A stretch of 64,000 bases of DNA from contig DASYTK010000013.1 of NCBI GenBank assembly GCA_036002405.1, positions 3,459-67,458 of the forward strand, read 5' to 3'. A program made the translations under genes and the position numbers. Below are positions 46,336 to 54,307 of this stretch, piece by piece. Source of the stretch: Candidatus Limnocylindrales bacterium. GTDB taxonomy: Bacteria; Chloroflexota; Limnocylindria; Limnocylindrales; CSP1-4. Below the pieces are notes generated by a model. That model was given only the letters and a program-made list of their open reading frames with translations, searched no databases and had not been told where the DNA came from. Each line of letters starts with the position of its first letter. The first letter of the stretch is position 1.

Positions 46336-46580
46336 CTCTCATCGAGTTGACCCTCGACGCGGGGCGCCTCTACACTCGCGCCGCGGTCGTCGGATGCCGT
46401 CCATGTCCGGCGGCACGCGGCCGAACGAGCTTCGGAGGAGCGCTCCCGCAGTGGAGACCGGACCCAGTACGGTCGGCGCGCGACGCGCCGGCAAAAGCGA
46501 GGTCCGACCCGCCCCGTAGCCCGCCCGCGCCTCGGCGCCCGGGTCAGCGCACGGCGGGCGGACCGCCTGCGAGGTGGCCC

Positions 46581-47846
46581 ATGCTCTACCTCAGCCAGGT
46601 CATCGGCCGTCCCGTGCGCGACGGCCAGGGGGAGTCGATCGGGAAGGTCGCCGACCTGATCGTGGCGCTCGGCGATCGCTACCCGCCCGTCACCGGGCTC
46701 GTCGTGATGACCGACCGCCGGCGGATCTTCCTGCCCTGGTCGGACGTGGCCAGCTTCGACGCGTCGGGGGCGACGCTGGCGACCTCGATCATCGACATCG
46801 GGAAGTTCGCCCAGCGGCCGAACGAGCTGCTTCTCTTCCTCGACCTCCAGGACAAGCAGATCGTCGACCTCGACGGCCGCAAGGTCGTCCGGGTGAACGA
46901 CCTCGTCCTCGACGAGATCGAGGGCAAGCTCCATCTCGTCGCGGTGGACGTCGGTCCCGCCGGCCTGCTCCGTCGGCTCGGCGTCGAGGGACCGGTTCGG
47001 ACGCTGGCCCGGAACCTGGGGCGCTCGGTGCCCGAGCGATTCATCGACTGGGAGGACGTCGACCCGCTCGAGAGCTCGATCGCCTCGATCCGCCTGCGCG
47101 TCCCTCACCGCGGCCTGCGCGAGCTCCACCCGGCCGATCTCGCCGGGATCATCGACGAGCTGGCACCTCGAGATCGGGCCGGGATTCTGGCGACGCTGGA
47201 CGATGAGATCGCGGCCGATGCGATCGAGGAGATGGAGCCCGACACACAGGTCGAGGTCATGGAGGACCTGGCGCCGGAGCGGGCGGCCGACATCCTCGAG
47301 GAGATGAGCCCCGACGATGCCGCCGACCTGATCGCGGACCTGTCGGACACGGCGCGGGACCGGATCCTGCCGCTGATGGAACGCGAGGAGGCCGAGGAGG
47401 TGCAGGAGCTCCTGGGCTATCCCGAGGACAGCGCGGGCGGGATCATGACGACCGAGTACATCGGGATCCCGGCGACGCTCAAGGCGAGCGAGACGATCGA
47501 CCGGCTCCGCGAGCTCGAGCCGGACGCCGAGACGATCTACTACGTCTACGTCGTCGACGAGGCCGGCAAGCTGGTCGGCGTCCTCTCGCTCCGCGACCTG
47601 ATCGTCGCCCCGGCCGACGCGGTCGTGCGCGACTTCATGCTCGGCGAGCCCGTCGCCCTCGGAGTCCTCGCCGACCAGGAGGAGGTCGCCCGCGTCGTGG
47701 CTCGATACAACCTGCTCGCCGTTCCGGTCGTGGACGACGAGGGGCGGCTCGTGGGGATCGTCACAGTCGACGATGCGCTCGATACGGTATTGCCGACTGC
47801 CTGGAAGCGGCGGCTGCCCCGGGTCTTCAGCCGGGGCGGGGGCTGA
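46581..47846 (+). CDS. cytosolic PRC-barrel + MgtE-N + tandem-CBS protein (MgtE-like Mg2+-sensing module lacking the membrane domain)
   Basis: PRC-barrel-like VIGRPVRDGQGESIGKVADLIV, the acidic MgtE_N helical bundle, and a CBS pair (IYYVYVVDEAGKLVGVLSLRDL...VPVVDDEGRLVGIVTVDD). No TM segments. A GAGGTGG SD precedes ATG 46581. Confidence 0.75.
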   Translation: MLYLSQVIGRPVRDGQGESIGKVADLIVALGDRYPPVTGLVVMTDRRRIFLPWSDVASFDASGATLATSIIDIGKFAQRPNELLLFLDLQDKQIVDLDGRKVVRVNDLVLDEIEGKLHLVAVDVGPAGLLRRLGVEGPVRTLARNLGRSVPERFIDWEDVDPLESSIASIRLRVPHRGLRELHPADLAGIIDELAPRDRAGILATLDDEIAADAIEEMEPDTQVEVMEDLAPERAADILEEMSPDDAADLIADLSDTARDRILPLMEREEAEEVQELLGYPEDSAGGIMTTEYIGIPATLKASETIDRLRELEPDAETIYYVYVVDEAGKLVGVLSLRDLIVAPADAVVRDFMLGEPVALGVLADQEEVARVVARYNLLAVPVVDDEGRLVGIVTVDDALDTVLPTAWKRRLPRVFSRGGG

Positions 47847-49219
47847 TGCGGCTGCCGGCCGCCCCGGAGGGGGTCCGCCGTCGGGTGCGGGCGGCCGGCT
47901 CGGAGCTCGGGCCGCTCGCGCGATTCCGGGAGCGGATCGCGGCAGGCGACCTCTTGCGACTGCGTCCCCGCTTCCGAGGTCGGGGCCTGCTCGCGTTCCT
48001 CGCCGTCATGGGCCCCGGGCTGATCGCGGGCATCGCGGGGAACGAGGCGGGTGGCCTGACGACCTACTCGGTGCTCGGCGCCGAGACCGGCTTCCGGCTG
48101 CTCTGGCTGTTCCCCCTGACGACCGTCGTCCTGATGATCGTCCAGGAAATGGCCGCTCGGTTGGGCGTCGTCACCGGCCAGGGCCTCTCCGACCTCATCC
48201 GCGACTGGTTCGGGGTCCGCTGGACGGCGTTCGCGATGCTCGTCCTGTTCGTCGCGAACCTGGGCCAGACGATCGCCGAGTTCGCGGGAATCGCGGCCGC
48301 GCTCGAGATCTTCGGCCTGCCGCGGCTGCTCACCGTGCCCTTGACGGCGGTCGCCCTGTGGGCGCTCGTCCTCTTCGCGAGCTACCGGACCGTCGAGCGA
48401 GTCTTCCTGTCGGTCATCCTCGTCTTCGTCACGTACATCGTGTCGGCCTTCGTCAGCGGGCCGGACTGGGGAGAGGTGGGACGGGCGCTCGTCACGCCGA
48501 GCTTCGAGCTCGCTCCGGCGACGCTCCTGCTCATGGTCGCGCTCGTGGGCACGACGATCACGCCGTACATGCAGTTCTACCTCCAGTCGGCCGTCGCCGA
48601 GAAGGGGATCGACGAGGAGGAGCTCCGGCTGGAGCAGGCCGACGCGGTCGGAGGCGCGATCTGGACGAACGTCGTCGCGCTCTTCGTCGTCGTGGCCACG
48701 GCCCAGACGCTCCACGCGGCGGGGGTGCGGATCACGGACGCGGCCGACGCCGCGCAGGCGCTGGGACCCGTGGCCGGGGAGCTCTCGACCGCCCTCTTCG
48801 CGATCGGGCTCTTCGGAGCAAGCGTGCTGGCGGCGATGATCCTGCCGATCAGCACCTCGTTCGTCATCTGCGAGGCGTTCGGCTGGGAGTCCGGGGTCGG
48901 GAAGCCCTTCCGGGAAGCACCCGCCTTCTTCGGGATCTACACCGTGACCCTGTTCGCAGGTGCGGTGATCGTCCTCCTCCCCTTCCTGCCGCCGCTCATC
49001 GACGTCCTGCTCTTCACGCAGAACCTGCAGGGGTTGCTCCTGCCGATCGTGCTCGTGTTCATGTTCCGGCTGGTGAACAACGAGCGCCTGCTGGGTCGCC
49101 ACGTGAACGGCCCGATCCGGAACGCCTTGACGCTGGCGGCGATCGTGCTGGTCGTGGCCCTCGACGCGATCCTTCTAGGAGTCGGCGCGCTCGAGGCGAT
49201 CGGTCTTCGGCTCGGCTGA
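47846..49219 (+). CDS. NRAMP-family transporter with non-canonical metal-site residues (NRMT-like)
   Basis: About 11 TM segments. TM1 reads MGPGLIAGIAGNEAGGLTT, where EAGG replaces the canonical DPGN. TM6 reads GTTITPYMQFYLQS, where TPY replaces MPH. ATG overlaps the upstream stop (TGATG). Confidence 0.8.
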   Translation: MRLPAAPEGVRRRVRAAGSELGPLARFRERIAAGDLLRLRPRFRGRGLLAFLAVMGPGLIAGIAGNEAGGLTTYSVLGAETGFRLLWLFPLTTVVLMIVQEMAARLGVVTGQGLSDLIRDWFGVRWTAFAMLVLFVANLGQTIAEFAGIAAALEIFGLPRLLTVPLTAVALWALVLFASYRTVERVFLSVILVFVTYIVSAFVSGPDWGEVGRALVTPSFELAPATLLLMVALVGTTITPYMQFYLQSAVAEKGIDEEELRLEQADAVGGAIWTNVVALFVVVATAQTLHAAGVRITDAADAAQALGPVAGELSTALFAIGLFGASVLAAMILPISTSFVICEAFGWESGVGKPFREAPAFFGIYTVTLFAGAVIVLLPFLPPLIDVLLFTQNLQGLLLPIVLVFMFRLVNNERLLGRHVNGPIRNALTLAAIVLVVALDAILLGVGALEAIGLRLG

Positions 49220-49226
49220 GACGCGA

Positions 49227-49415
49227 CTACGGGATGAAGCTTCCGGCGTCTCCGTCCGGAACGGCCCCGATCTTCTCGGTCAGCTCCTCCACGGTGCCGT
49301 GCCTGATCAGCTCCGGGCGGACGTACGGCTCGCGGGGAGGCGCGGCGGCGCCCTTCGTACCCGCGTCCTCCAGCCCGAGGCTGGCGGTCGCGCTCTCTGG
49401 CGTTCGGGTCTCCAT
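49227..49415 (-). CDS. candidate lasso-peptide precursor (62 aa; leader with YxxPxLxxxG motif, predicted core KIGAVPDGDAGSFIP)
   Basis: Small ORF translationally coupled to the cyclase (stop/start ATGA at 49424-49427), with a second ATG preceded by an AGGAG SD. The leader ...EPYVRPELIRHGTVEELTE matches the Y-x2-P-x-L-x3-G-x5-T-x motif bound by PqqD-like RREs. Confidence 0.5.
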   Translation of the reverse strand: METRTPESATASLGLEDAGTKGAAAPPREPYVRPELIRHGTVEELTEKIGAVPDGDAGSFIP

Positions 49416-49423
49416 CGATCTCC

Positions 49424-51370
49424 TCATGCCTGATCGGCCAGTTCGGCGTCGTGGCCATTGTCCACCGCCGGCGCAAGAGCCGCAGCGCTCGCCAGCGTCC
49501 GACGGCGGAGCGTTCGCGCTTCCATCCAGGCCTCGACGGCAACCGCGTTGATCACTCGTGGATCCAGGTCCCTTCGGTTCCGTCGATACGCCGCCCAGGC
49601 CGACCAGAGACCGGCCGGATCGGCGAGGACCGCCCTCGATGCGACGAATCCGCTGAGCAGGCGCTCGATCCGCGGCGCTTCGTGTTCGAGCAGGCCTCGC
49701 TCCACGAGGTCGGTGATCGTCGCCTTGGTCGTGCGTAAGCGGATCGTCTCCGGCAGCAGCCCGATCATCGCCTCCCTCAGCACTGCCCGCCCCCATCCGG
49801 CTCGATAGAGGACGGGCCGCGGCAGGTTGAGCGTGAAATCGACGAGGCGCCGGTCGAGGAACGGAAAGCGCCACTCGACCCCGGCATGACTCGCAAGCTC
49901 GTAGAACTCGACCCGGTACCAGGCTGTGAGGCCGTTGTGGAGACCTTCGTAGGCCAGTCTCGCGGCCCGGGTCCGGAGGGGCGGGGCCGGGAGCGGGTCG
50001 ACGAAGGATTCCGAGCGCGGCTGGGCGGGACGCAACCCGTTCCGACGCCTGCTCCGCCTGAGCCGCCCCAGGGAGGCCCGCAGCCGCGGCGCGAGGCTCG
50101 CCCGCACCGATTCGCGTGCCAGGATCCGGAGGCCCCGGCGCCGGGAGAGCCGCCAGAAGTGCGGAAGCTCAACGGCGAAGTCGCGCAGCGACACGTCTCG
50201 CCAGAGGCGCGGAGCCAGGTGGTACGGCGTGGAGACGAGGATCTCGTCGCCTCCGTGGCCGCTCAACAGGACCCGCAACCCGTCGGCGTGGGCGGCCCGA
50301 AGCGCGCCCACCGAGAGCGCCCGGAACATGAACGGGTCGGGCTCGGGCAGTGGATATCCGGCGTCGTCGCCGAATTCGCGGAGCGCCCATCGGTCGTCGC
50401 TCGGGATCAGCGTGATCGGGCTACCAGGCAGGCACTCGAGGAGCGCGTCGAGGTAGCGCCGCTCGTCGGCGGCGGGCGAGCGTTCGTACACGTAGGAGTA
50501 GAGCCGAGGGGCAGGGACGGCGCCCTCGTCGCTGGCGCGGCCGGCGAGCGCCGCGATCGCTGACGAGTCGAGCCCGCCGCTGACTTTGATCGCCACCGGT
50601 CCGACGCTGCGGAGCCGGGCGCGCACCGCCAGGTCGAGGAGATCCCCGAACCGCTCGACGTAGTCGTGCTCGGAGCGGAGGGGCTGCTCGACCTGCGCGC
50701 CAGAGATCCAGAACCGTCGCAGTCCCACCTCGCCGTCGGCGGCTTGCAACTGATAGCCCTGCGGCAGCCGCGAGATGGGCCGGTAGGCGGTCTCGGTCGT
50801 CCATCGATCCCACTCGCCGAGGACGATCTCGGCGAGGAGCGGCTCGTTCAGCGGTGCGTCGCCGCCGAGGCCGGCAAGGACGGCGTCGACGCCAGAGGCG
50901 AAGACGAGGAGTGACCCGTGGCGCGCGTAGTAGAGCGTCCGGATCCCGGCTGGATCTCGCGCGCAGAGCAGGCGACCGGCGATCGAGTCCCAGAGCCCGA
51001 AGGCGAAGTCGCCGATCAGGTGGGTCGGACAGTCGCTGCCCCACCGCTGATAGGCGGCCAGGATGAGCTGCGCGTCGCTGGGAATGCCGGGCGGCAGGTA
51101 CCCGGCCAGGATCGGCAGCAGCTCTTCCCGGTTGTCGATCCGCGCGTCGGCCGCGACGCAGACGTGCCCGCCGTGGCCCACGAGGGGCTGACGCTCGCCG
51201 AGCTCCTCGGGGGTCGTCCACGAATGGGCATGGATGAGCGCGACGTGCCCCCTGCTCCACCGGTCGATCCCGTCCGGGCCCCGGTGGCGCAATGCTTCGG
51301 TCAGGCTGGCAAGCAGGCTGGGGTCGACCGGCTGACCGGTCAGGTCCAGGAGCCCTGCGATCGCACTCAT
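49424..51370 (-). CDS. lasso-peptide cyclase (asparagine-synthetase-like, C protein)
   Basis: AsnB-like fold with N-terminal MSAIAGLL lacking the catalytic Cys (MCGI to MSAI). PP-loop region SGGLDSSAIAA. ATG at 51370 overlaps the stop of the upstream gene (ATGA). Confidence 0.8.
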   Translation of the reverse strand: MSAIAGLLDLTGQPVDPSLLASLTEALRHRGPDGIDRWSRGHVALIHAHSWTTPEELGERQPLVGHGGHVCVAADARIDNREELLPILAGYLPPGIPSDAQLILAAYQRWGSDCPTHLIGDFAFGLWDSIAGRLLCARDPAGIRTLYYARHGSLLVFASGVDAVLAGLGGDAPLNEPLLAEIVLGEWDRWTTETAYRPISRLPQGYQLQAADGEVGLRRFWISGAQVEQPLRSEHDYVERFGDLLDLAVRARLRSVGPVAIKVSGGLDSSAIAALAGRASDEGAVPAPRLYSYVYERSPAADERRYLDALLECLPGSPITLIPSDDRWALREFGDDAGYPLPEPDPFMFRALSVGALRAAHADGLRVLLSGHGGDEILVSTPYHLAPRLWRDVSLRDFAVELPHFWRLSRRRGLRILARESVRASLAPRLRASLGRLRRSRRRNGLRPAQPRSESFVDPLPAPPLRTRAARLAYEGLHNGLTAWYRVEFYELASHAGVEWRFPFLDRRLVDFTLNLPRPVLYRAGWGRAVLREAMIGLLPETIRLRTTKATITDLVERGLLEHEAPRIERLLSGFVASRAVLADPAGLWSAWAAYRRNRRDLDPRVINAVAVEAWMEARTLRRRTLASAAALAPAVDNGHDAELADQA

Positions 51371-52599
51371 CGAACGGCCCGGACGCGGCCGGGGAGCGCG
51401 AGGAGCCGGGGGACGTACTTCCTCGTGAGACGAAGGGGGCGGATGGCACGATAGGCGATGGGCAGGCGTCGAGCGCCCGGCAGGGCATCCCAATCGCCGC
51501 GGGTGGGCGTCGACAACGCGGCCCAGACGAGCGCCACGCGGTCGCGCGCCCGTTCCCGGACCTGGAGGTCGAACCGTTCGAGGCCCTCGAACAGGCGATC
51601 GTCGCGTCCGCGCCCGCCCTCCATGAGACGAGCGTCGATCCACTCCGCCAGGCGTCCGGCCGTGGCATCCCTCGCCATGTTGGCCGCCACCTCGGGCGGG
51701 ATCGTCGCGCCCCCGATCGTCTCGGCCAGACGCAACGCGATGGCAAGGATCCGATTGATCCCCTCTCTCCGCGCCCGGACCACAACGCGATCCCAGTCGA
51801 GGAAGGGCTCGGCTGCGATGAGCGCGGCGACGTCGGCGATCCAGGCCAGCCGTCCCCAGCGGTGCTTCGTCCCGTGGATAGCGAGTGCGAGCAGCAGGTC
51901 ATCGAGCGCCAGGTCATTGACCGGCACACCGCCGAGCGAGGTCACCCGCAGGCGCTCCCAGATCGATTCGGCGTCGAAGCCGCGGGAGTAGTAGGTGGGC
52001 ACGACAGTCCAGTGGATCTCGACGAAGGCCCTGCGACCGGGCGCCTGGAGCTGCACCTCACCGATCCGCTCGAGGTAGGCGCTCTCCTGCCAGTCCGGAA
52101 GCGGGTGGAACCGCTCGTAGCCGCGCTCGAGCAGGAGTCCGACGGATTCGGCGATCCGGCCCCGCGGCACGATGATGTCGAGATCACCGAACTGGCGCAG
52201 GCCGAGGTCACCGTAGGCGGACAGGGCGAGGAGGGGCCCCTTCCAGGGGACGGCCGGGATGCCCGCCTCGGCGAACGTCGCCAGGATCTCCATGAGGCGA
52301 CCGGTCAGGGCGAGGTTCCGATCGGCGATCGCCCGCGCCCTGGTCGCGATCGCAACGGCCGCGTCCGGAGGAACGAGCCCGCCCCAGCCCGCCGCCGCCC
52401 GAGCCAGGAGAGGGACCAGCGCGTGTCTCTCCGCGGCAGCCAGCAGACCCGTCCAGTCGAGCCCGCGCGCCTCGGCCGGCGTGACCGAGGGCGGATCGGC
52501 GGGGAAGCGAGCCAGCGCGCGGAGGATCGTCGGCTCGCCTGAGACTGCCTCGGGCGTCCGATCCGCGGGAACCGCCGAAACTCCCGCCGCCATCGTCAT
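51367..52599 (-). CDS. nucleotidyltransferase-family protein of the lasso cluster (putative tailoring enzyme)
   Basis: Minimal-NTase motif GPLLALSAYGDLGLRQFGDLDIIVP. ATGA overlaps on both sides. Confidence 0.65.
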   Translation of the reverse strand: MTMAAGVSAVPADRTPEAVSGEPTILRALARFPADPPSVTPAEARGLDWTGLLAAAERHALVPLLARAAAGWGGLVPPDAAVAIATRARAIADRNLALTGRLMEILATFAEAGIPAVPWKGPLLALSAYGDLGLRQFGDLDIIVPRGRIAESVGLLLERGYERFHPLPDWQESAYLERIGEVQLQAPGRRAFVEIHWTVVPTYYSRGFDAESIWERLRVTSLGGVPVNDLALDDLLLALAIHGTKHRWGRLAWIADVAALIAAEPFLDWDRVVVRARREGINRILAIALRLAETIGGATIPPEVAANMARDATAGRLAEWIDARLMEGGRGRDDRLFEGLERFDLQVRERARDRVALVWAALSTPTRGDWDALPGARRLPIAYRAIRPLRLTRKYVPRLLALPGRVRAVR

Positions 52600-53552
52600 G
52601 CCGGATCCTGGGCGACGATCCGCACCGCTTCGTCGAGCCGCGTCAGGTCACGCGGTCGCCGCAGCCGATCGATCGGGACCCCGGAGACGACCCTGGCGCA
52701 CTGGCCGAGGTGCTCCCCGGCGGTCCCGGAATCGAGCAGGACGCGGGCAAGGAACGAGTGCCGCACGAGCTCCGCGATCGCATCGAGCGAAGCGATCCGC
52801 TCCCTCTCGACGCGGCGCCCCTCCGCGAGGACGTGGATCGCGGCCAGGGGAAAGGGCCTCTCCCCCGCCGGCTCGATCGGCCGGCCGCGTTTCTGGCGCG
52901 CGAAACCGAGAGGAACCACCGCCCGGTCCTCCTCGCCCAGGAAGGTGGCGGCCGCAGGGGTGAGCTTCAGCATCGGAACTCCCGGATGAAGCACCGGGGA
53001 GCCCGCGGCGATCTCGATCGCGGCGAGATCGTCGGTGAGCACCGTCATCCCGGCACGCCGACAGGCGGCGGCGAGCGTCGACTTGCCGGCGCCGGGTTGG
53101 CCGAGGAACAGGTGGGCCCGCCCGGCCATCAGGATCCCGCTCGCGTGCAGGGCCAGGTGGCCGCGCTGATGAAGGAGAAAGGCGAGCCCGGGACCGAGGA
53201 TCATCGCCCGCAGCTGCTCCCCCGACGCGCCGGGCGCCGCCTCGACGACGATCTCGCGGCCGGCCTTCACCTCGAGGGCGCCGATCCCGTCGTAGACGAG
53301 GCGGGCGAGGTCCCTCTCCACCCGTCGCCGCCCCATCCTGAGCGACATCGGGATCATGTGCTCGTCGTGTTCGAGAGTCCCGCGCCGGACGGTCGCGACC
53401 GGATCGCCCGCCACCGGATGAAGCTCGGGCAGAGGCAGCTCCGAATCGAAGATCACGCCGTAGGCCCGATAGCGCCGGTCGGCCGCGCCGATCTCGGACC
53501 TGTGGCCCTCAGATCGCGTTGGCGATGCGCGATTCCACCGATACCGACCCAT
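52596..53552 (-). CDS. HPr-kinase-related (HprK-like) serine kinase of the lasso cluster
   Basis: HprK C-domain P-loop GILMAGRAHLFLGQPGAGKSTLAAACRRAGMTVLTDD. N-terminal RYRAYGVIFDSELPLPEL resembles lasso tailoring kinases. Start uncertain (ATG 53552, GTG 53591 or GTG about 53458). Confidence 0.65.
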   Translation of the reverse strand: MGRYRWNRASPTRSEGHRSEIGAADRRYRAYGVIFDSELPLPELHPVAGDPVATVRRGTLEHDEHMIPMSLRMGRRRVERDLARLVYDGIGALEVKAGREIVVEAAPGASGEQLRAMILGPGLAFLLHQRGHLALHASGILMAGRAHLFLGQPGAGKSTLAAACRRAGMTVLTDDLAAIEIAAGSPVLHPGVPMLKLTPAAATFLGEEDRAVVPLGFARQKRGRPIEPAGERPFPLAAIHVLAEGRRVERERIASLDAIAELVRHSFLARVLLDSGTAGEHLGQCARVVSGVPIDRLRRPRDLTRLDEAVRIVAQDPA

Positions 53553-53979
53553 CGCTCCTTCCCGACTCACGACGAAGCTGGGTAAAGGCACGCCGCTCTT
53601 CTCCGCCGACCACGATCGTCTCGCCTGCCATCACCCATGCGTGCGCCCTGAGTCGCTCGCCCGGGGAACGCGCCACCCCGATCTGAAGCTCGCTGGGGAC
53701 TCCCGAGCGAGCCAGGAGCAGCTGTGCGGCAAAGGCCTGCGTGAGGCAGCTCGCGCCCGGTACGACGCGGCTTGCGGCGCGCACCGCCCAGCCCACCCTG
53801 GCCACGTCGATCGGGGCACGTCCACTCGTGGCGCGCGATCGGCCGAGCACGAACGCGTGGACCCGACGGAACGAGAGCAGCGGCAGGACGGCACGAGTCG
53901 ATGCGACCGCGATCAACGCCTGGAGCACCAGTCTCCGATCGGCCATCGACAGGCCGAGGAACCTACGCAGCCTCGCCAT
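53509..53979 (-). CDS. lasso-peptide leader peptidase B2 (transglutaminase-like Cys protease)
   Basis: Catalytic-Cys region ASCLTQAFAAQLLLARSGVPSELQIGV and a His region LRAHAWVMAGE. Overlaps B1 by 17 nt. Confidence 0.75.
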   Translation of the reverse strand: MARLRRFLGLSMADRRLVLQALIAVASTRAVLPLLSFRRVHAFVLGRSRATSGRAPIDVARVGWAVRAASRVVPGASCLTQAFAAQLLLARSGVPSELQIGVARSPGERLRAHAWVMAGETIVVGGEERRAFTQLRRESGRSDGSVSVESRIANAI

Positions 53980-54283
53980 CGCCCCGTCGGGCGCCAGGGG
54001 CCTCGGTCTGGATGAGTCCCTGGCCGTTCAATTCCGTCATGAGGGCGATGAGATCGGCTTCGCAGCGCTCCGGCTCGACGTCGTACTCGCCGACGATCGT
54101 GTCCCGGATCTCGCGCACCGACCGGCGGCGCTCGAGGAGGCGCCAGATCCGGGCACCCACCCGGTTGAGCCCGTAGTAGACCCCGGCGTCCAGGTCGAGC
54201 AAGGCCGCCTCGCCGGAGAGATCGGCCGAGACCACGCGCGGCGTGGCCCAGACGACCGTGTCGAGCGTCATGTCCACGGGCAC
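53963..54283 (-). CDS. lasso-peptide B1 protein (PqqD-like RiPP recognition element)
   Basis: 106 aa with GEAALLDLDAGVYYGLNRVGARIWRLL....CEADLIALMTELNGQGLI, the canonical PqqD/RRE pattern. Confidence 0.8.
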   Translation of the reverse strand: MPVDMTLDTVVWATPRVVSADLSGEAALLDLDAGVYYGLNRVGARIWRLLERRRSVREIRDTIVGEYDVEPERCEADLIALMTELNGQGLIQTEAPGARRGDGEAA

Positions 54284-54307
54284 ATCCTTGCCACCGGCGT
54301 CATGCCC

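Noticed and set aside
46100-46580. M-box (ykoK) Mg2+ riboswitch upstream of the mgtE-N/nramp operon
   Set aside because: It is expected biologically, but I could not match the M-box consensus by eye. It is left as an Rfam check rather than a feature.
53552-53591. Longer N-terminus for the HprK-like kinase starting at GTG 53591
   Set aside because: It would overlap B2 by about 83 nt. ATG 53552 or the internal GTG near 53458 give an N-terminus (RYRAYGVIF...) more like known lasso kinases. This is left uncertain.
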